64,000 bases of DNA from Candidatus Zhuqueibacterota bacterium (GCA_049322915.1 JBMOPW010000036.1:64001-128000); one strand, 5' to 3'. Positions 48,221 through 58,546 are shown, counted from the stretch's first letter. Notes: a model not told the origin generated them from the letters alone. Numbers and translations: made by a program.

Positions 48221-49933
48221 ATGGGTGAAGATAACACGAAACGAACGGGCACTGTTTTGGTCTGTGGCGCAGGCGTCACTGGCATGCAAACCGCACTGGA
48301 ACTGGCTAATTCCGGCGCTAAAGTCTATCTGCTGGAAACGCGGCCCACTATTGGCGGGGCCATGTCGCAACTGGACCGCACCTATGAAAACGGCATCCCG
48401 GCCATTTGTCAGATGGCGCCCGGCTTTGACGCGATTGAACAGCATCCCAATATTGAGGTGATCACGCATGCTGATTTGTTGAAAGTGACCAAGCGCGACG
48501 GGTCATTCGAAGTGAGTTTTCGGAAAAATCCCACCCGCGTGGATGAGCGCTGCATCGATTGCGGCGCGTGCGTGCAGGTGTGTCCGATTAAACCGCTCAA
48601 CGCGTTCGAAGAGGGATTGTCCCTGCGAACCGCAATCGACATTAACAGCAAAAGTTTTAATTCTTTCATCTATAATATTGAAAAGGAAACGCCCATCTGC
48701 CAGGAAACCTGTCCTGTGCATATCGATATTCGAAAATATATTGGTCTGATTGCCGATGGCCGTTACCTGGACGCGCTGGCCGTGATACGCGAGAAGAATC
48801 CCTTGCCGGCAATCTGTGGCCGTGTCTGCAACCATCCCTGCGAAGGCGCGTGCAATCGCGGTCGCCAGGATGAGCCGGTGGCCATTGATGCGCTGAAACG
48901 TTTCGTCTCTGATTATGAATTGCAGCTCCGAAAGCAGGGCAAACTTCCCAAACCGTCGACGCCGGCCATCAACAAAAAGCTGGGCAAGGTGGCTGTCGTG
49001 GGTTCAGGGCCGGCTGGATTGACTGTGGCCCACGATCTGGCGCTGCAGGGAATCGCTTCGACTATTTTCGAAGAAGCGCCGGTGCCGGGCGGCATGTTGT
49101 GGCTGGCAATTCCGGAGTATCGTCTGCCGCGGGACATCATTCAAACAGAGGTCGATTATATCTGCGATATGGGCGTTGAACTGAAATTGAACACGCCCAT
49201 CAATAAAGAATACACCGTTGACCACCTGCTCAAAGAGGGCTACAAAGCCGTGTTCATGGGAATTGGCGCTCATCAGGGATTGAAGCTGGGCGTTCCGGGA
49301 GAAGATGATTTCCAAGGTTTTCTCGACTGCATCGTCTTCCTGCGGCGCGTGAATCTGGGCGACACAACCAAGCCTGGCCGAAAAGTGGTGGTGATCGGCG
49401 GAGGCAATTCCGCCATCGACGCAGCCCGGACTGCCCTGCGATTGGGCTCGGAAGAGGTGCACATTGTGTACCGGCGCACCATCGCCGAAATGCCGGCCAA
49501 TCCCTGGGAAATTGAGGAAGCTCAAAAAGAGGGCGTGAAGATCTCATTGCTCGCTGCCCCGGTGGAAATTATCGGCGAAAATGGCAAAGTCGTGGCCATG
49601 AAGTGCATCCGCATGACGTTGGGCAAGCTGGACGCCAGCGGGCGCCGGCGGCCCGTCCCGCTGGAAGGCTCGGAGTTCACTATTGAAACAGATATCATTG
49701 TGCCGTCCATCAGTCAGCAACCCAACCTGGATTTCCTGCACGAAGGGCATGGATTGTCCATCAATAAATGGAACTCGTTCGACATTAACTCGCGAACCAT
49801 GCAGACCAATCGTCCGGAAATATTCGCCGGCGGCGATTCCGTCACGGGGCCGGCGACAGTCATTCAGGCCATTGCAGCCGGCCATCAGGCGGCTGCCTCC
49901 ATGGCCAGGTTTGTCAGGGGTGAAAAAATTTGA
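48221..49933 (+). CDS. HdrL-like N-terminal part: HdrA N-terminus + GltD-like NAD(P)H oxidoreductase
   Basis: VCGAGVTG..ALELA, CIDCGACVQVCP, CQETCP, CGRVCNHPCE, GSGPAGL, GGGNSAID, FAGGDSVTGP. Confidence 0.85.
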   Translation: MGEDNTKRTGTVLVCGAGVTGMQTALELANSGAKVYLLETRPTIGGAMSQLDRTYENGIPAICQMAPGFDAIEQHPNIEVITHADLLKVTKRDGSFEVSFRKNPTRVDERCIDCGACVQVCPIKPLNAFEEGLSLRTAIDINSKSFNSFIYNIEKETPICQETCPVHIDIRKYIGLIADGRYLDALAVIREKNPLPAICGRVCNHPCEGACNRGRQDEPVAIDALKRFVSDYELQLRKQGKLPKPSTPAINKKLGKVAVVGSGPAGLTVAHDLALQGIASTIFEEAPVPGGMLWLAIPEYRLPRDIIQTEVDYICDMGVELKLNTPINKEYTVDHLLKEGYKAVFMGIGAHQGLKLGVPGEDDFQGFLDCIVFLRRVNLGDTTKPGRKVVVIGGGNSAIDAARTALRLGSEEVHIVYRRTIAEMPANPWEIEEAQKEGVKISLLAAPVEIIGENGKVVAMKCIRMTLGKLDASGRRRPVPLEGSEFTIETDIIVPSISQQPNLDFLHEGHGLSINKWNSFDINSRTMQTNRPEIFAGGDSVTGPATVIQAIAAGHQAAASMARFVRGEKI

Positions 49934-49966
49934 AGCTAAATCAGGATCATAAAACCGGGATCGTCC

Positions 49967-52390
49967 ATGAAAAAAGATAAATTCATTACCGATTTTCAAG
50001 ACATACCAACTCCTCGTCAGAAAATGCCGCATCTGTCACTGGAAGACAGGAAACTCAATTTCAAAGAAGTGGAACTGGGATTCCCCGAAGAGATTGCATT
50101 GAAGGAAACGAGCCGCTGTTTGAGCTGCCGGCGTTGCATTGGTTGCGGGTTATGCCTGGCCGAATGCGACCAGCAGGCGATTGTCTACGACCAGAAATCA
50201 GAGTCGCGCACTCTGGAGGTCGATTCGATAGTGGTTGCCACCGGCGCTGAAAATTTCGATGCGCGACGCAAGCCGGAGTTCGGCTATTCGTATTTCCCGA
50301 ACGTCATCACCAGCGTGGAAATGGAGCGAATCCTCAGCGCCAATGGACCTTACGGTGGAATCGTCATGCGCCCATCCGACGGGGACATTCCGCAGCGAAT
50401 CGCCTTCATCCAATGCGTCGGATCCCGGGACGAAAATTTGGGACAAAATTATTGCTCCAATATCTGCTGCGTCACCGCGCTGAAACAGTCCATGGCAGTG
50501 GTCGACCGGATTGAAGGAGCCGAAGTCACCATTTTTTATAGCGACTTCCGGCCATTTGCCAACGACGGTGAACATTATTTTCTCAAAGCCAAGCAGGAAA
50601 AAGCCATCGCATTTGTGCAGGCGGCTGTGGCGCAGGTGGAGCAGACATCCGAAGGGAATAATCTCGTCATTAAATCCATGCGGAACGGCGCCGAAGAATT
50701 GTCGCAATTCGATCTGGTTGTCCTGTCCACCGGATTGAAGGCGTCGACAGGTATTCAGCGAATGAGTCGGCAATTTGGCATTAAGCTCAATAAATACGGA
50801 TTTTTCCCGGGGGATGAAACATCACCAGCAGCCACCTCCGGGGACGGTATCTGGTTCGCCGGCACGCTGACATCTCCAAGCGATATTCAAACAAGTTTGA
50901 ATCAGGCCAGCGCCGTGGCGACCCGGGTGCTGTTGTCATTGAAACAGCGGGATAAACTGTTGCAGCCAGCGCAAACGGACGGCGATGTTTTTGCAGAGAA
51001 AGAGAACGGCAATTCCGTGGGGATTTTCCTCTGTCGTTATGGGTTGACCACGCAATTCAACCTGGACGTGGATGATATCATTCGGTCCCTTAAAAATAAT
51101 CCCGCCGGATTTTATGTGACGGATCTGGAGTACTGCTGTAATTCCACCGGCAAAAAGATGATCCGCGAGACGATCGGGCGAGAAAAACTGGGACGCGCTG
51201 TCATCGCGCCCTGCTTTGATGAAACGCACCGGCCATTTTTCGAAAAAGTAGCGATGTCTGCCGGCATGTCCGGCGCCCACGTATCCATTTACGGGAATGC
51301 TGCAGGAGAACGCCAGCCCGATGCTGAGGAAGTAAAGCAAGCCATTCTCGATGTGGCGTCCGCGCCGATGGAACAACCGATTCGCGCTGCATCGCTGAAG
51401 CCATCGGTCAAAGAAGCGTGCGTCATTGGCGGCTCAGTCGAGGCGGTGCAGGCCGCACTTGACATTGCGGAACTGGGTTATCCGGTGCATCTTGTCTATC
51501 CGGATGACAATGTCCTTCCGGACGACTCGGCCGCGTTCTGGCATGTGGGTGAATTGGACAAACTTGGGGAACGGTTGCGGGAGCGACTGGCCGCGCAGAC
51601 TCGCATCGGAAAATATGGGCGGAGCTCAGTGCGGGCGTGCGCCGGGGAGCCTGGAAATTATGTCATTACCATCGGGCAGGATGGGGAAGAAAAAACGATA
51701 AAAGCCGGCGTCGTGGTTCTCGCGCCCGGGGCAAAGCCGGCAGAACCTTTGGAGCATTTCACTCAGGGCAGAGGCAATGTGTTCACGCAACGGCAACTCA
51801 GCCGGATGTTGTCTGAAAACACCCTGTCGGCGAAAAATATTGTGATGATTCAATGCGTGGGCAGTCGCGACGAGAAGCGAAGCTACTGCAGCCAGGTGTG
51901 CTGCGAGCAGGCGATTTTGAATGCATTGAAAATTCGAGAAAAACATGCCGACGCCCGCGTGACGATTCTGCACCGGGATATTCGCCTTCACGATTTCGCC
52001 GAGGATAAATACGCGGAAGCGCTGGAAAATGGCGTTGCATTCATTCGAATGGACGCGTACCCTGAAATTGCATCCACCGGCGAAAATCATTACATTCGGG
52101 TTCTCGACAGGAAGTCCGGCAAGCCAGTCGAGCTTGCGGCCGATGCGTTGGTGTTGAGCGTCGGTATGGAGCCGAGACCGGACGTTGTCCAGCTTGCTTC
52201 GATATTCAACCAGCCATTGAATCCGGATGGGCTGCTCCTGAATTCGACTCCGCTATCGATGCTGTCCCAATGGAATCAACCAGCGATCTTTAAAATTGGT
52301 CAGGCGGTATATCCGGCGCGTCTCCGGGATGTATTGGCGGAAGCAGCGGCAGTCGCCGGAAAAATAGGCCAATTGTTCGGCGTCGAATAA
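49967..52390 (+). CDS. HdrL-like C-terminal part: HdrA core plus a degenerate second HdrA module
   Basis: EVELG..RCLSCRRCIGCGLC, ERILSANGP, IQCVGSR..YCSNICC, second IQCVGSR..YCSQVCC. Confidence 0.82.
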   Translation: MKKDKFITDFQDIPTPRQKMPHLSLEDRKLNFKEVELGFPEEIALKETSRCLSCRRCIGCGLCLAECDQQAIVYDQKSESRTLEVDSIVVATGAENFDARRKPEFGYSYFPNVITSVEMERILSANGPYGGIVMRPSDGDIPQRIAFIQCVGSRDENLGQNYCSNICCVTALKQSMAVVDRIEGAEVTIFYSDFRPFANDGEHYFLKAKQEKAIAFVQAAVAQVEQTSEGNNLVIKSMRNGAEELSQFDLVVLSTGLKASTGIQRMSRQFGIKLNKYGFFPGDETSPAATSGDGIWFAGTLTSPSDIQTSLNQASAVATRVLLSLKQRDKLLQPAQTDGDVFAEKENGNSVGIFLCRYGLTTQFNLDVDDIIRSLKNNPAGFYVTDLEYCCNSTGKKMIRETIGREKLGRAVIAPCFDETHRPFFEKVAMSAGMSGAHVSIYGNAAGERQPDAEEVKQAILDVASAPMEQPIRAASLKPSVKEACVIGGSVEAVQAALDIAELGYPVHLVYPDDNVLPDDSAAFWHVGELDKLGERLRERLAAQTRIGKYGRSSVRACAGEPGNYVITIGQDGEEKTIKAGVVVLAPGAKPAEPLEHFTQGRGNVFTQRQLSRMLSENTLSAKNIVMIQCVGSRDEKRSYCSQVCCEQAILNALKIREKHADARVTILHRDIRLHDFAEDKYAEALENGVAFIRMDAYPEIASTGENHYIRVLDRKSGKPVELAADALVLSVGMEPRPDVVQLASIFNQPLNPDGLLLNSTPLSMLSQWNQPAIFKIGQAVYPARLRDVLAEAAAVAGKIGQLFGVE

Positions 52391-52712
52391 GTTAACCGCG
52401 CCGGATTGAGCCAATTTTAATAGTGTACTCATCAGATTGGAGAAACGCCGCACTATTCACGCGGACAGAAGCGAATTACAGAGGCTATTTCTAATGACCA
52501 ACCGCGAGTGAATCCGGGTAACTGACCGGTCTCGCGGTTTCCATGGCGCGATTACGATATTCAACCAGACACGTCATAGTATTCCATTCAGCCATTTTCT
52601 GTATCTATCTTCACATCCCCGAATTTTAAGTGCATCCTTTTCACCACTCACCGATCTAATATTCAAAATTGCAATAGGTTGAAAAATATGAATGGCATTC
52701 AGAATTTTTAGC

Positions 52713-52741
52713 TTGACAATGTACAAAAATATTATTAAATT
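52713..52741 (+). promoter_or_regulatory. Sigma70 promoter of the yceD-rpmF-fab operon
   Basis: TTGACA-17 bp-TAAATT. Confidence 0.65.
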
Positions 52742-52775
52742 CGAGCCATTTTAAACTTAAGGCTGTTCCGGTTCA

Positions 52776-53243
52776 ATGAAAATAAAACTGACAAATTTAC
52801 ACGAAGGGCTCAACAGCCTCGATTTTGTGGCAGATGCAGCGGCATTAGGTTTTGATGAGGAAGAAGAAAAGCAACACATGTTCCCAGAGAAGATCGATGT
52901 TCATGTTGAAGTCCATGTGTTAAGTGATAAATTTTTTATTAAGGCCGAATCGACCACCCTGGCACACTACGAATGCGATCGATGTCTGGCTGATTTTCAA
53001 CGAAAATTGAATAGCGAGTTTCAGTTAGTCTATTCCAGGGAGACGCGAAATAAATTCGAGGATGATGTCTATCGGTTTCTTGAAGAGAATGCTCATGAAA
53101 TCGATATATCGCAGGATGTTCGGGATAGTATGCTTCTGGCGCTGCCCATGAAACATGTGTGTTCTGAAACCTGCAAAGGTCTGTGTCCGACGTGTGGCGT
53201 CAATTTGAACCAGGAACAGTGCAATTGCGCCACTGAAAAATAA
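52776..53243 (+). CDS. yceD: DUF177/YceD protein; premature TAA before the conserved DPRW tail (homology extends to 53279)
   Basis: CDRCL, LALPMK.VCSE.CKGLCP.CG.NLN...CNC; after TAA the frame reads DPRWEKLKNLK*. Confidence 0.85.
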   Translation: MKIKLTNLHEGLNSLDFVADAAALGFDEEEEKQHMFPEKIDVHVEVHVLSDKFFIKAESTTLAHYECDRCLADFQRKLNSEFQLVYSRETRNKFEDDVYRFLEENAHEIDISQDVRDSMLLALPMKHVCSETCKGLCPTCGVNLNQEQCNCATEK

Positions 53244-53419
53244 GACCCCCGTTGGGAAAAGCTGAAGAATCTGAAGTAAAAAAATTAAGTACAATAGACT
53301 ATCCGCTCATATCGGGTTGCGATGTGTATATTCTGGATTTCTCCGATATGAGCGAATTTGGTTTTTAGAAATAGAACACGATGGATTTGGACAAACCAAG
53401 CACAGAATGAGAGGAAATT

Positions 53420-53602
53420 ATGGCACTGCCAAAACGTAGACATTCGAAGACACGACGCGACAAGAGAAGAACTCATTGGAAACTATCCGCTCCGACCGTA
53501 GTTGCATGTTCGAATTGTAATCAACCAAAACTACCGCACCGCGCTTGCCCGAATTGTGGCTTCTATAATGGGAGAATGATTTTTACGCCTCGGGAACACT
53601 AA
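53420..53602 (+). CDS. rpmF: 50S ribosomal protein L32
   Basis: MALPKRRHSKTRRDKRR, CxxC...PHRACPNCGFY. Confidence 0.97.
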   Translation: MALPKRRHSKTRRDKRRTHWKLSAPTVVACSNCNQPKLPHRACPNCGFYNGRMIFTPREH

Positions 53603-53637
53603 TTGTCAAGTAATAGCTCCATAAGCCGGAAGTCAGA

Positions 53638-54651
53638 ATGAAAATTGCAGTTGATGCAATGGGAGGTGATTTCGCCCCCAAAGCAATTGTGTCCGGAGCA
53701 ATCGGCGCTGCCCGTTTAGCAAAAGACCGTTTTGAAATAGTCCTTGTTGGTGATGCTGAAAAAATTCAGCAGGAACTGGAGAAGCATTTTCGAACCAATG
53801 AATTACCTATTTCCATTGTCCATGCGTCGCAGCAGGTGGAAATGGAGGATATTCCAGCCATTGCCCTGAAACGGAAGAAAGATTCTTCCATCGCTGTCGC
53901 CATGCAATTGCACAAAGAGGGCGTTGTTGATGCAGTGGTGAGCGCTGGAAATACCGGCGCTGTGTTGGCTTCGGCGCTCATTAAATTGGGAAAAATACAG
54001 AGTGTGCTGCGGCCTGCGATCGGTTCCATCCTTCCCAATGGTCGTGGCGCGACGTTTTTGATTGACGCCGGAACCAATGTGGATTGCAAGCCAAGGCAGC
54101 TCTATCAATTTGGTGTCATGGGCAGCATTTTCATGAACCGGATGTTCAGCATCGAAAATCCCCGCGTCGCGTTATTGAATATCGGCACAGAAACGAGCAA
54201 GGGGAATGAACAGGTCCAGGCGACGTATGAGTTATTCCAGAAGAGCGATTTGAATTTTGTTGGCAATATTGAGGGCGGCTCGATTTTGCAGGATATAAGC
54301 GATGTGGTTGTGTGCGATGGATTTGTTGGGAATATTATTCTTAAATTTGCAGAGTCTTTCAATTCTGTCTATTCAACGAACCTGAGAAAACGTATCGGCA
54401 AGAGGTTACAATATCTTGTTGGGGCATATCTCCTGAAACCTGCATTTCGACGACTGAAAAAGACATTCGATTATGCAGAATACGGCGGCGTTCCCTTACT
54501 CGGCGTCAAAGGCGTGGTCATCATTGGACACGGCAGCTCGTCTCCAAAAGCGATTCTCAATGCGATTCTGGAGGCCGAGAAGATTATCAAAGAAAAGGTG
54601 AACGATAAGATCGAGGATGAATTGAATATTAAATCGGCTGCGATTTTATAA
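53638..54651 (+). CDS. plsX: Phosphate acyltransferase PlsX
   Basis: IAVDAMGGDFAP, SAGNTGA, RPAI, DAGTN, VVVCDGFVGN, GGVPLLG, HGSS. Confidence 0.96.
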   Translation: MKIAVDAMGGDFAPKAIVSGAIGAARLAKDRFEIVLVGDAEKIQQELEKHFRTNELPISIVHASQQVEMEDIPAIALKRKKDSSIAVAMQLHKEGVVDAVVSAGNTGAVLASALIKLGKIQSVLRPAIGSILPNGRGATFLIDAGTNVDCKPRQLYQFGVMGSIFMNRMFSIENPRVALLNIGTETSKGNEQVQATYELFQKSDLNFVGNIEGGSILQDISDVVVCDGFVGNIILKFAESFNSVYSTNLRKRIGKRLQYLVGAYLLKPAFRRLKKTFDYAEYGGVPLLGVKGVVIIGHGSSSPKAILNAILEAEKIIKEKVNDKIEDELNIKSAAIL

Positions 54652-54718
54652 CTGCGTTGGAACATCGAGTGATATTTCAGCTTGAATTGAGAAATAGAAA
54701 CAGGAGAAACAGAAAACA

Positions 54719-55708
54719 TTGGAACATAATTATAAGGCGATGATTTCGGGATTGGGATATTCAGTCCCGGAACGGATCCTGACAAATGCGGATCTGGAAA
54801 AAATAGTCGATACAACGGAAGAATGGATCCGAACCCGTACTGGAATGGAAGAGCGACATATTGGCGATGCATCGATGGCGACGTCGGAGTTGTGCACCGA
54901 AGCAGCAAAAAAGGCGATGGCACAGGCCGGTGTGGACGCCAAAGATATTGATATTATCATTGTTGCGACAGTGACCGGTGATACGCCATTCCCATCCACT
55001 GCTTGTTACGTTCAGAAAAATTTGGGCGCTGTAAATGCGGCTGCCTTTGATATTAGCGCGGCCTGCTCGGGATTTTTGTACGGGCTCACCATGGCCAATA
55101 ATCTCATCACGAATCAGACCTATAAAAATATCCTTGTCGTTGGCGGCGAAATGCTGAGCAAGATTACCGATTGGACAGATCGCGCCACATGCGTTCTGTT
55201 CGGCGATGGAGCTGGCGCCGCTGTTGTGCAGCCTTCCGATGGCACACGGGGCATTTTCAATACATACATATCGAGCGATGGTCGATTGACGGATTTGCTT
55301 TACATGCCCGGCGGCGGCAGCCGAAATCCGGCGACCCACGAGAGCGTCGATCAGAAACTTCATTTCATTAAAATGCAGGGCCAGGAAGTTTTTAAAGCTG
55401 CCGTGAAAGCGATGGGCGATGCCGCTGTGAAATTATTGGAAGATTCAAACGTCACGTCGGATCAGATCGGATTGCTCATTCCGCATCAGGCCAATAACCG
55501 AATTATCGAAGCGACAGCCAGACGCATCAAATTGCCCATGGAAAAAGTATTTGTCAATGTGCATAAATATGGAAATACTTCCGCTGCGTCAATTCCTATC
55601 GCGTTGACCGAGGCTGTGGAACAGGGCAAGCTCAAACCGGGCGACTATTGCATGCTGGTCAGTTTTGGCGGTGGATTCACCACGGGCGGCGTTTTATTCA
55701 AGTATTAA
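54719..55708 (+). CDS. fabH: 3-oxoacyl-ACP synthase III
   Basis: DISAACSGF, LFGDGAGA, PHQAN.RI, YGNTSAASIP, FGGG. Confidence 0.96.
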   Translation: MEHNYKAMISGLGYSVPERILTNADLEKIVDTTEEWIRTRTGMEERHIGDASMATSELCTEAAKKAMAQAGVDAKDIDIIIVATVTGDTPFPSTACYVQKNLGAVNAAAFDISAACSGFLYGLTMANNLITNQTYKNILVVGGEMLSKITDWTDRATCVLFGDGAGAAVVQPSDGTRGIFNTYISSDGRLTDLLYMPGGGSRNPATHESVDQKLHFIKMQGQEVFKAAVKAMGDAAVKLLEDSNVTSDQIGLLIPHQANNRIIEATARRIKLPMEKVFVNVHKYGNTSAASIPIALTEAVEQGKLKPGDYCMLVSFGGGFTTGGVLFKY

Positions 55709-55830
55709 TGTCAGGGCTTTTCGCGCCATTCGTTTCGAAGGGTTTCATTGGGGGGAAAAAACATGCGGTATACGCTGTTGGGAGGCACTTCAAGCTGACA
55801 GACAATATCAACGATGAAGGGTGGTCTCGT

Positions 55831-56850
55831 ATGCAGAAAAGATATCGTTCAGTGGCGTTCATTATTTTAATGGCCACGTATTTTTTCGCATGTTCATCCG
55901 GATATAACTTGAAATTTTATCAGCCAGTAAAGCCGAATATGCTGGGCATCCGAAAAATGGTGGTGGCGCCGTGTCAGTCGGGTGAAGATGCAGCGTTGAT
56001 GTGCAGCGACCTTGAACTGGCGCTCAAAAACACGCATTATTTTCTGGTGTTTGATCAGACTAAATTTAGCTCGGTTTTATCGCAGTACAAACAGACATTT
56101 GAAACGCTTTCTCAGGCGGATTCGTCTTCAAAAATTGGAAAAGTGTTGAACGTCGATGGGTTGGTTTTTGCCAATTTGAAATCACTGGAACTCTTTCCCG
56201 TGGAAAAAGGAGCAGACCGCATCGAAAAAATGGTCTGGACCGGGGAATATGAGCGGGATGCAAACGGCGAGATCGTAGAAGAAGTCTCAGCCGACGGGAA
56301 AACAGTAAAAAAGAAAAAGTTCAAACTTCAGCCGGTCGACCAGGAATATCAGATTCGAAATGCAAAAGTCAGCGCGGATTTCCGGTTGATCGACCTGAAA
56401 CAGGGGGCGGTGATTTACTCTCAGGAATTGGCTGAAAATTACACCAGTGGCAAAATGGTTCGGGAGGAAGGGCAGACATTGCCCACTGACGAGGCTGTGA
56501 GGCGGCAAATTCTGATGCAAATTAACCGCCATTTCATCCGTGAAATTTCGCCGAGATCCGTTGATGTGAAGCGGGTTGTGGAAAGCGGTCCGACGTTGAT
56601 TGATAGCGGCGCAGTGTTCGCCAGAAAGGGTGATTGGGGCAAGGCCACGGAAATCTGGGACCAGGCAAAAACAATGTACCCGGCTAATTCCCGCGTGTAT
56701 TATAATCTCGGTCTGGCCAGTGAGGCTCAGGGCGATTACGAATCCGCAGAGATATACTATCGAAAAGCTGCCCTGCTGAACGCCAAGAGCAAACTTTACC
56801 AGAAGGCGATTGAACAGATTCGGGCCAGATGGATGGACCAGAAAAAATAA
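55831..56850 (+). CDS. Putative lipoprotein with C-terminal TPR repeats
   Basis: Lipobox FFAC after a hydrophobic stretch; YYNLGLASEAQGDYESA TPR pattern. Confidence 0.7.
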   Translation: MQKRYRSVAFIILMATYFFACSSGYNLKFYQPVKPNMLGIRKMVVAPCQSGEDAALMCSDLELALKNTHYFLVFDQTKFSSVLSQYKQTFETLSQADSSSKIGKVLNVDGLVFANLKSLELFPVEKGADRIEKMVWTGEYERDANGEIVEEVSADGKTVKKKKFKLQPVDQEYQIRNAKVSADFRLIDLKQGAVIYSQELAENYTSGKMVREEGQTLPTDEAVRRQILMQINRHFIREISPRSVDVKRVVESGPTLIDSGAVFARKGDWGKATEIWDQAKTMYPANSRVYYNLGLASEAQGDYESAEIYYRKAALLNAKSKLYQKAIEQIRARWMDQKK

Positions 56851-56877
56851 TAGTACTCCGAGAGGGAAGGAAAAAAT

Positions 56878-57792
56878 ATGTCCAAGCATGCGTTTTTATT
56901 TCCTGGACAGGCTTCGCAATATGTAGGAATGGGCAAGGATTTATACGATCAGTTTCCGGTAGCGCGAGAGATTTTTGAGCAGGCAAATGACTTATTAGGA
57001 TTTGACATAACGACCATTTGTTTCGAAGGTCCTGAAGATAAATTAAAACAGACTGATATTACGCAGCCAGCTATTTTCACTCACAGCGTCATTGTTGCCA
57101 CGTTATTAGCCGACAAAAACATACAGCCGGACATGGCCGCCGGTCACAGTTTGGGTGAATATTCGGCGTTGGTGGTTGCCGGCGCCATGACGTTTCAGGA
57201 TGCCCTGATGGTAGTAAAAAAGCGGGGCGAGCTGATGCAGCACGCCGGAGAAAAACAACCGGGGACCATGGCCGCCATCATTGGACTGGATCGTGAGGTT
57301 GTGGAAGACATTTGTACGATTGCGGCATCCGCCGGCATTGTTCAACCTGCAAACTTTAACTCCCCTCAACAAATCGCTATTTCCGGTTCCCTGGAAGGTA
57401 TTGAAAAAGCGTCGCAATTGGCCCGGGAGAGAGGCGCGGCAAAGGTTGTTTCGCTTGTCGTCGGTGGGGCGTTTCATTCGCCACTGATGAGCAGCGTTCA
57501 GGAACAATTACAATTGGCTCTGGATCAGGTTCAAATAAATCGTGCAAAGATTCCGGTATATGCCAATGTCACCGCTAAACCGACGCTGGAGGCTGCGGAC
57601 ATTCGGGAGCTTCTTTATAAACAATTGACATACCCTGTTCGCTGGGTCGAAACCATCCAGAACATGATTGCCGATGGCGCCACAGACTTTTACGAGGTCG
57701 GGCCGGGCAATGTATTATCCGGCTTGCTCAAACGCATCGACAGAAATTATCGTTCCAAAACATTTGGCAAAGTCGAAGAGATAATGTTTTGA
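56878..57792 (+). CDS. fabD: Malonyl-CoA:ACP transacylase
   Basis: FPGQASQ, AGHSLGEYSAL, AFHS, PVRW, EVGPG. Confidence 0.97.
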   Translation: MSKHAFLFPGQASQYVGMGKDLYDQFPVAREIFEQANDLLGFDITTICFEGPEDKLKQTDITQPAIFTHSVIVATLLADKNIQPDMAAGHSLGEYSALVVAGAMTFQDALMVVKKRGELMQHAGEKQPGTMAAIIGLDREVVEDICTIAASAGIVQPANFNSPQQIAISGSLEGIEKASQLARERGAAKVVSLVVGGAFHSPLMSSVQEQLQLALDQVQINRAKIPVYANVTAKPTLEAADIRELLYKQLTYPVRWVETIQNMIADGATDFYEVGPGNVLSGLLKRIDRNYRSKTFGKVEEIMF

Positions 57793-57811
57793 AACTAACA
57801 ATGAGGGATGA

Positions 57812-58546
57812 ATGGAAAGAAAAGTTGCAGTTGTTACAGGTTCTGCCAGAGGCATTGGAAAGGCGATCGCACAAAAATTAGCGCAGCTGAATTTTGATAT
57901 CGTGATTTGTGATGTGGATGAAAATGCAATCAGTGCAACAACGTCGGAAATTGAAGGCCTCGGTGTAAAAGCCATCGGACGGAGAGTGAATGTCACCAAT
58001 ACAGAGGAGGTCGAGCAGCTATTCGAAGAAGCGAAGACCGTCTTCGGCCATATTGATGTGCTGGTGAACAATGCCGGCATCACCCGGGATAACCTGCTCG
58101 TTCGCATGAAAGATGACGAGTGGGATTCTGTCATCTCCGTGAATTTGAAGGGCAGCTTCAACTGCCTCAGAGCGGCGGCAAAAATAATGATGCGGCAGCG
58201 CAGCGGTAAAATTGTCAATATCGCCTCAGTGGTCGGCGTGATGGGCAATGCCAGTCAGGCGAATTATTCGGCTTCGAAGGGCGGACTCATCAGCCTCACC
58301 AAAAGCGCAGCCAAAGAATTGGCGACTCGCGGCATTACCGTCAATGCTGTGGCTCCGGGCTACATTGAAACCGAAATGACAAAGAATTTACCCGACGCTG
58401 TGAAAGAGGCATTTATGAATGTAATCCCTCTGAAGCGGCCGGGTCAGGCAGAGGATGTGGCCAATGTTGTCGGATTTCTGGTTTCCCCGGATGCGGATTA
58501 CGTCACCGGCCAGGTGCTTCATGTCGACGGCGGCATGGTCATGTAG
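57812..58546 (+). CDS. fabG: 3-oxoacyl-ACP reductase
   Basis: TGSARGIG, NNAGITRD, NYSASK, VDGGM. Confidence 0.96.
   Translation: MERKVAVVTGSARGIGKAIAQKLAQLNFDIVICDVDENAISATTSEIEGLGVKAIGRRVNVTNTEEVEQLFEEAKTVFGHIDVLVNNAGITRDNLLVRMKDDEWDSVISVNLKGSFNCLRAAAKIMMRQRSGKIVNIASVVGVMGNASQANYSASKGGLISLTKSAAKELATRGITVNAVAPGYIETEMTKNLPDAVKEAFMNVIPLKRPGQAEDVANVVGFLVSPDADYVTGQVLHVDGGMVM

Noticed and set aside
49931..49933. TGA between the HdrL halves as a possible Sec codon
   Set aside because: Not at a conserved Cys, and an in-frame TAA follows two codons later.
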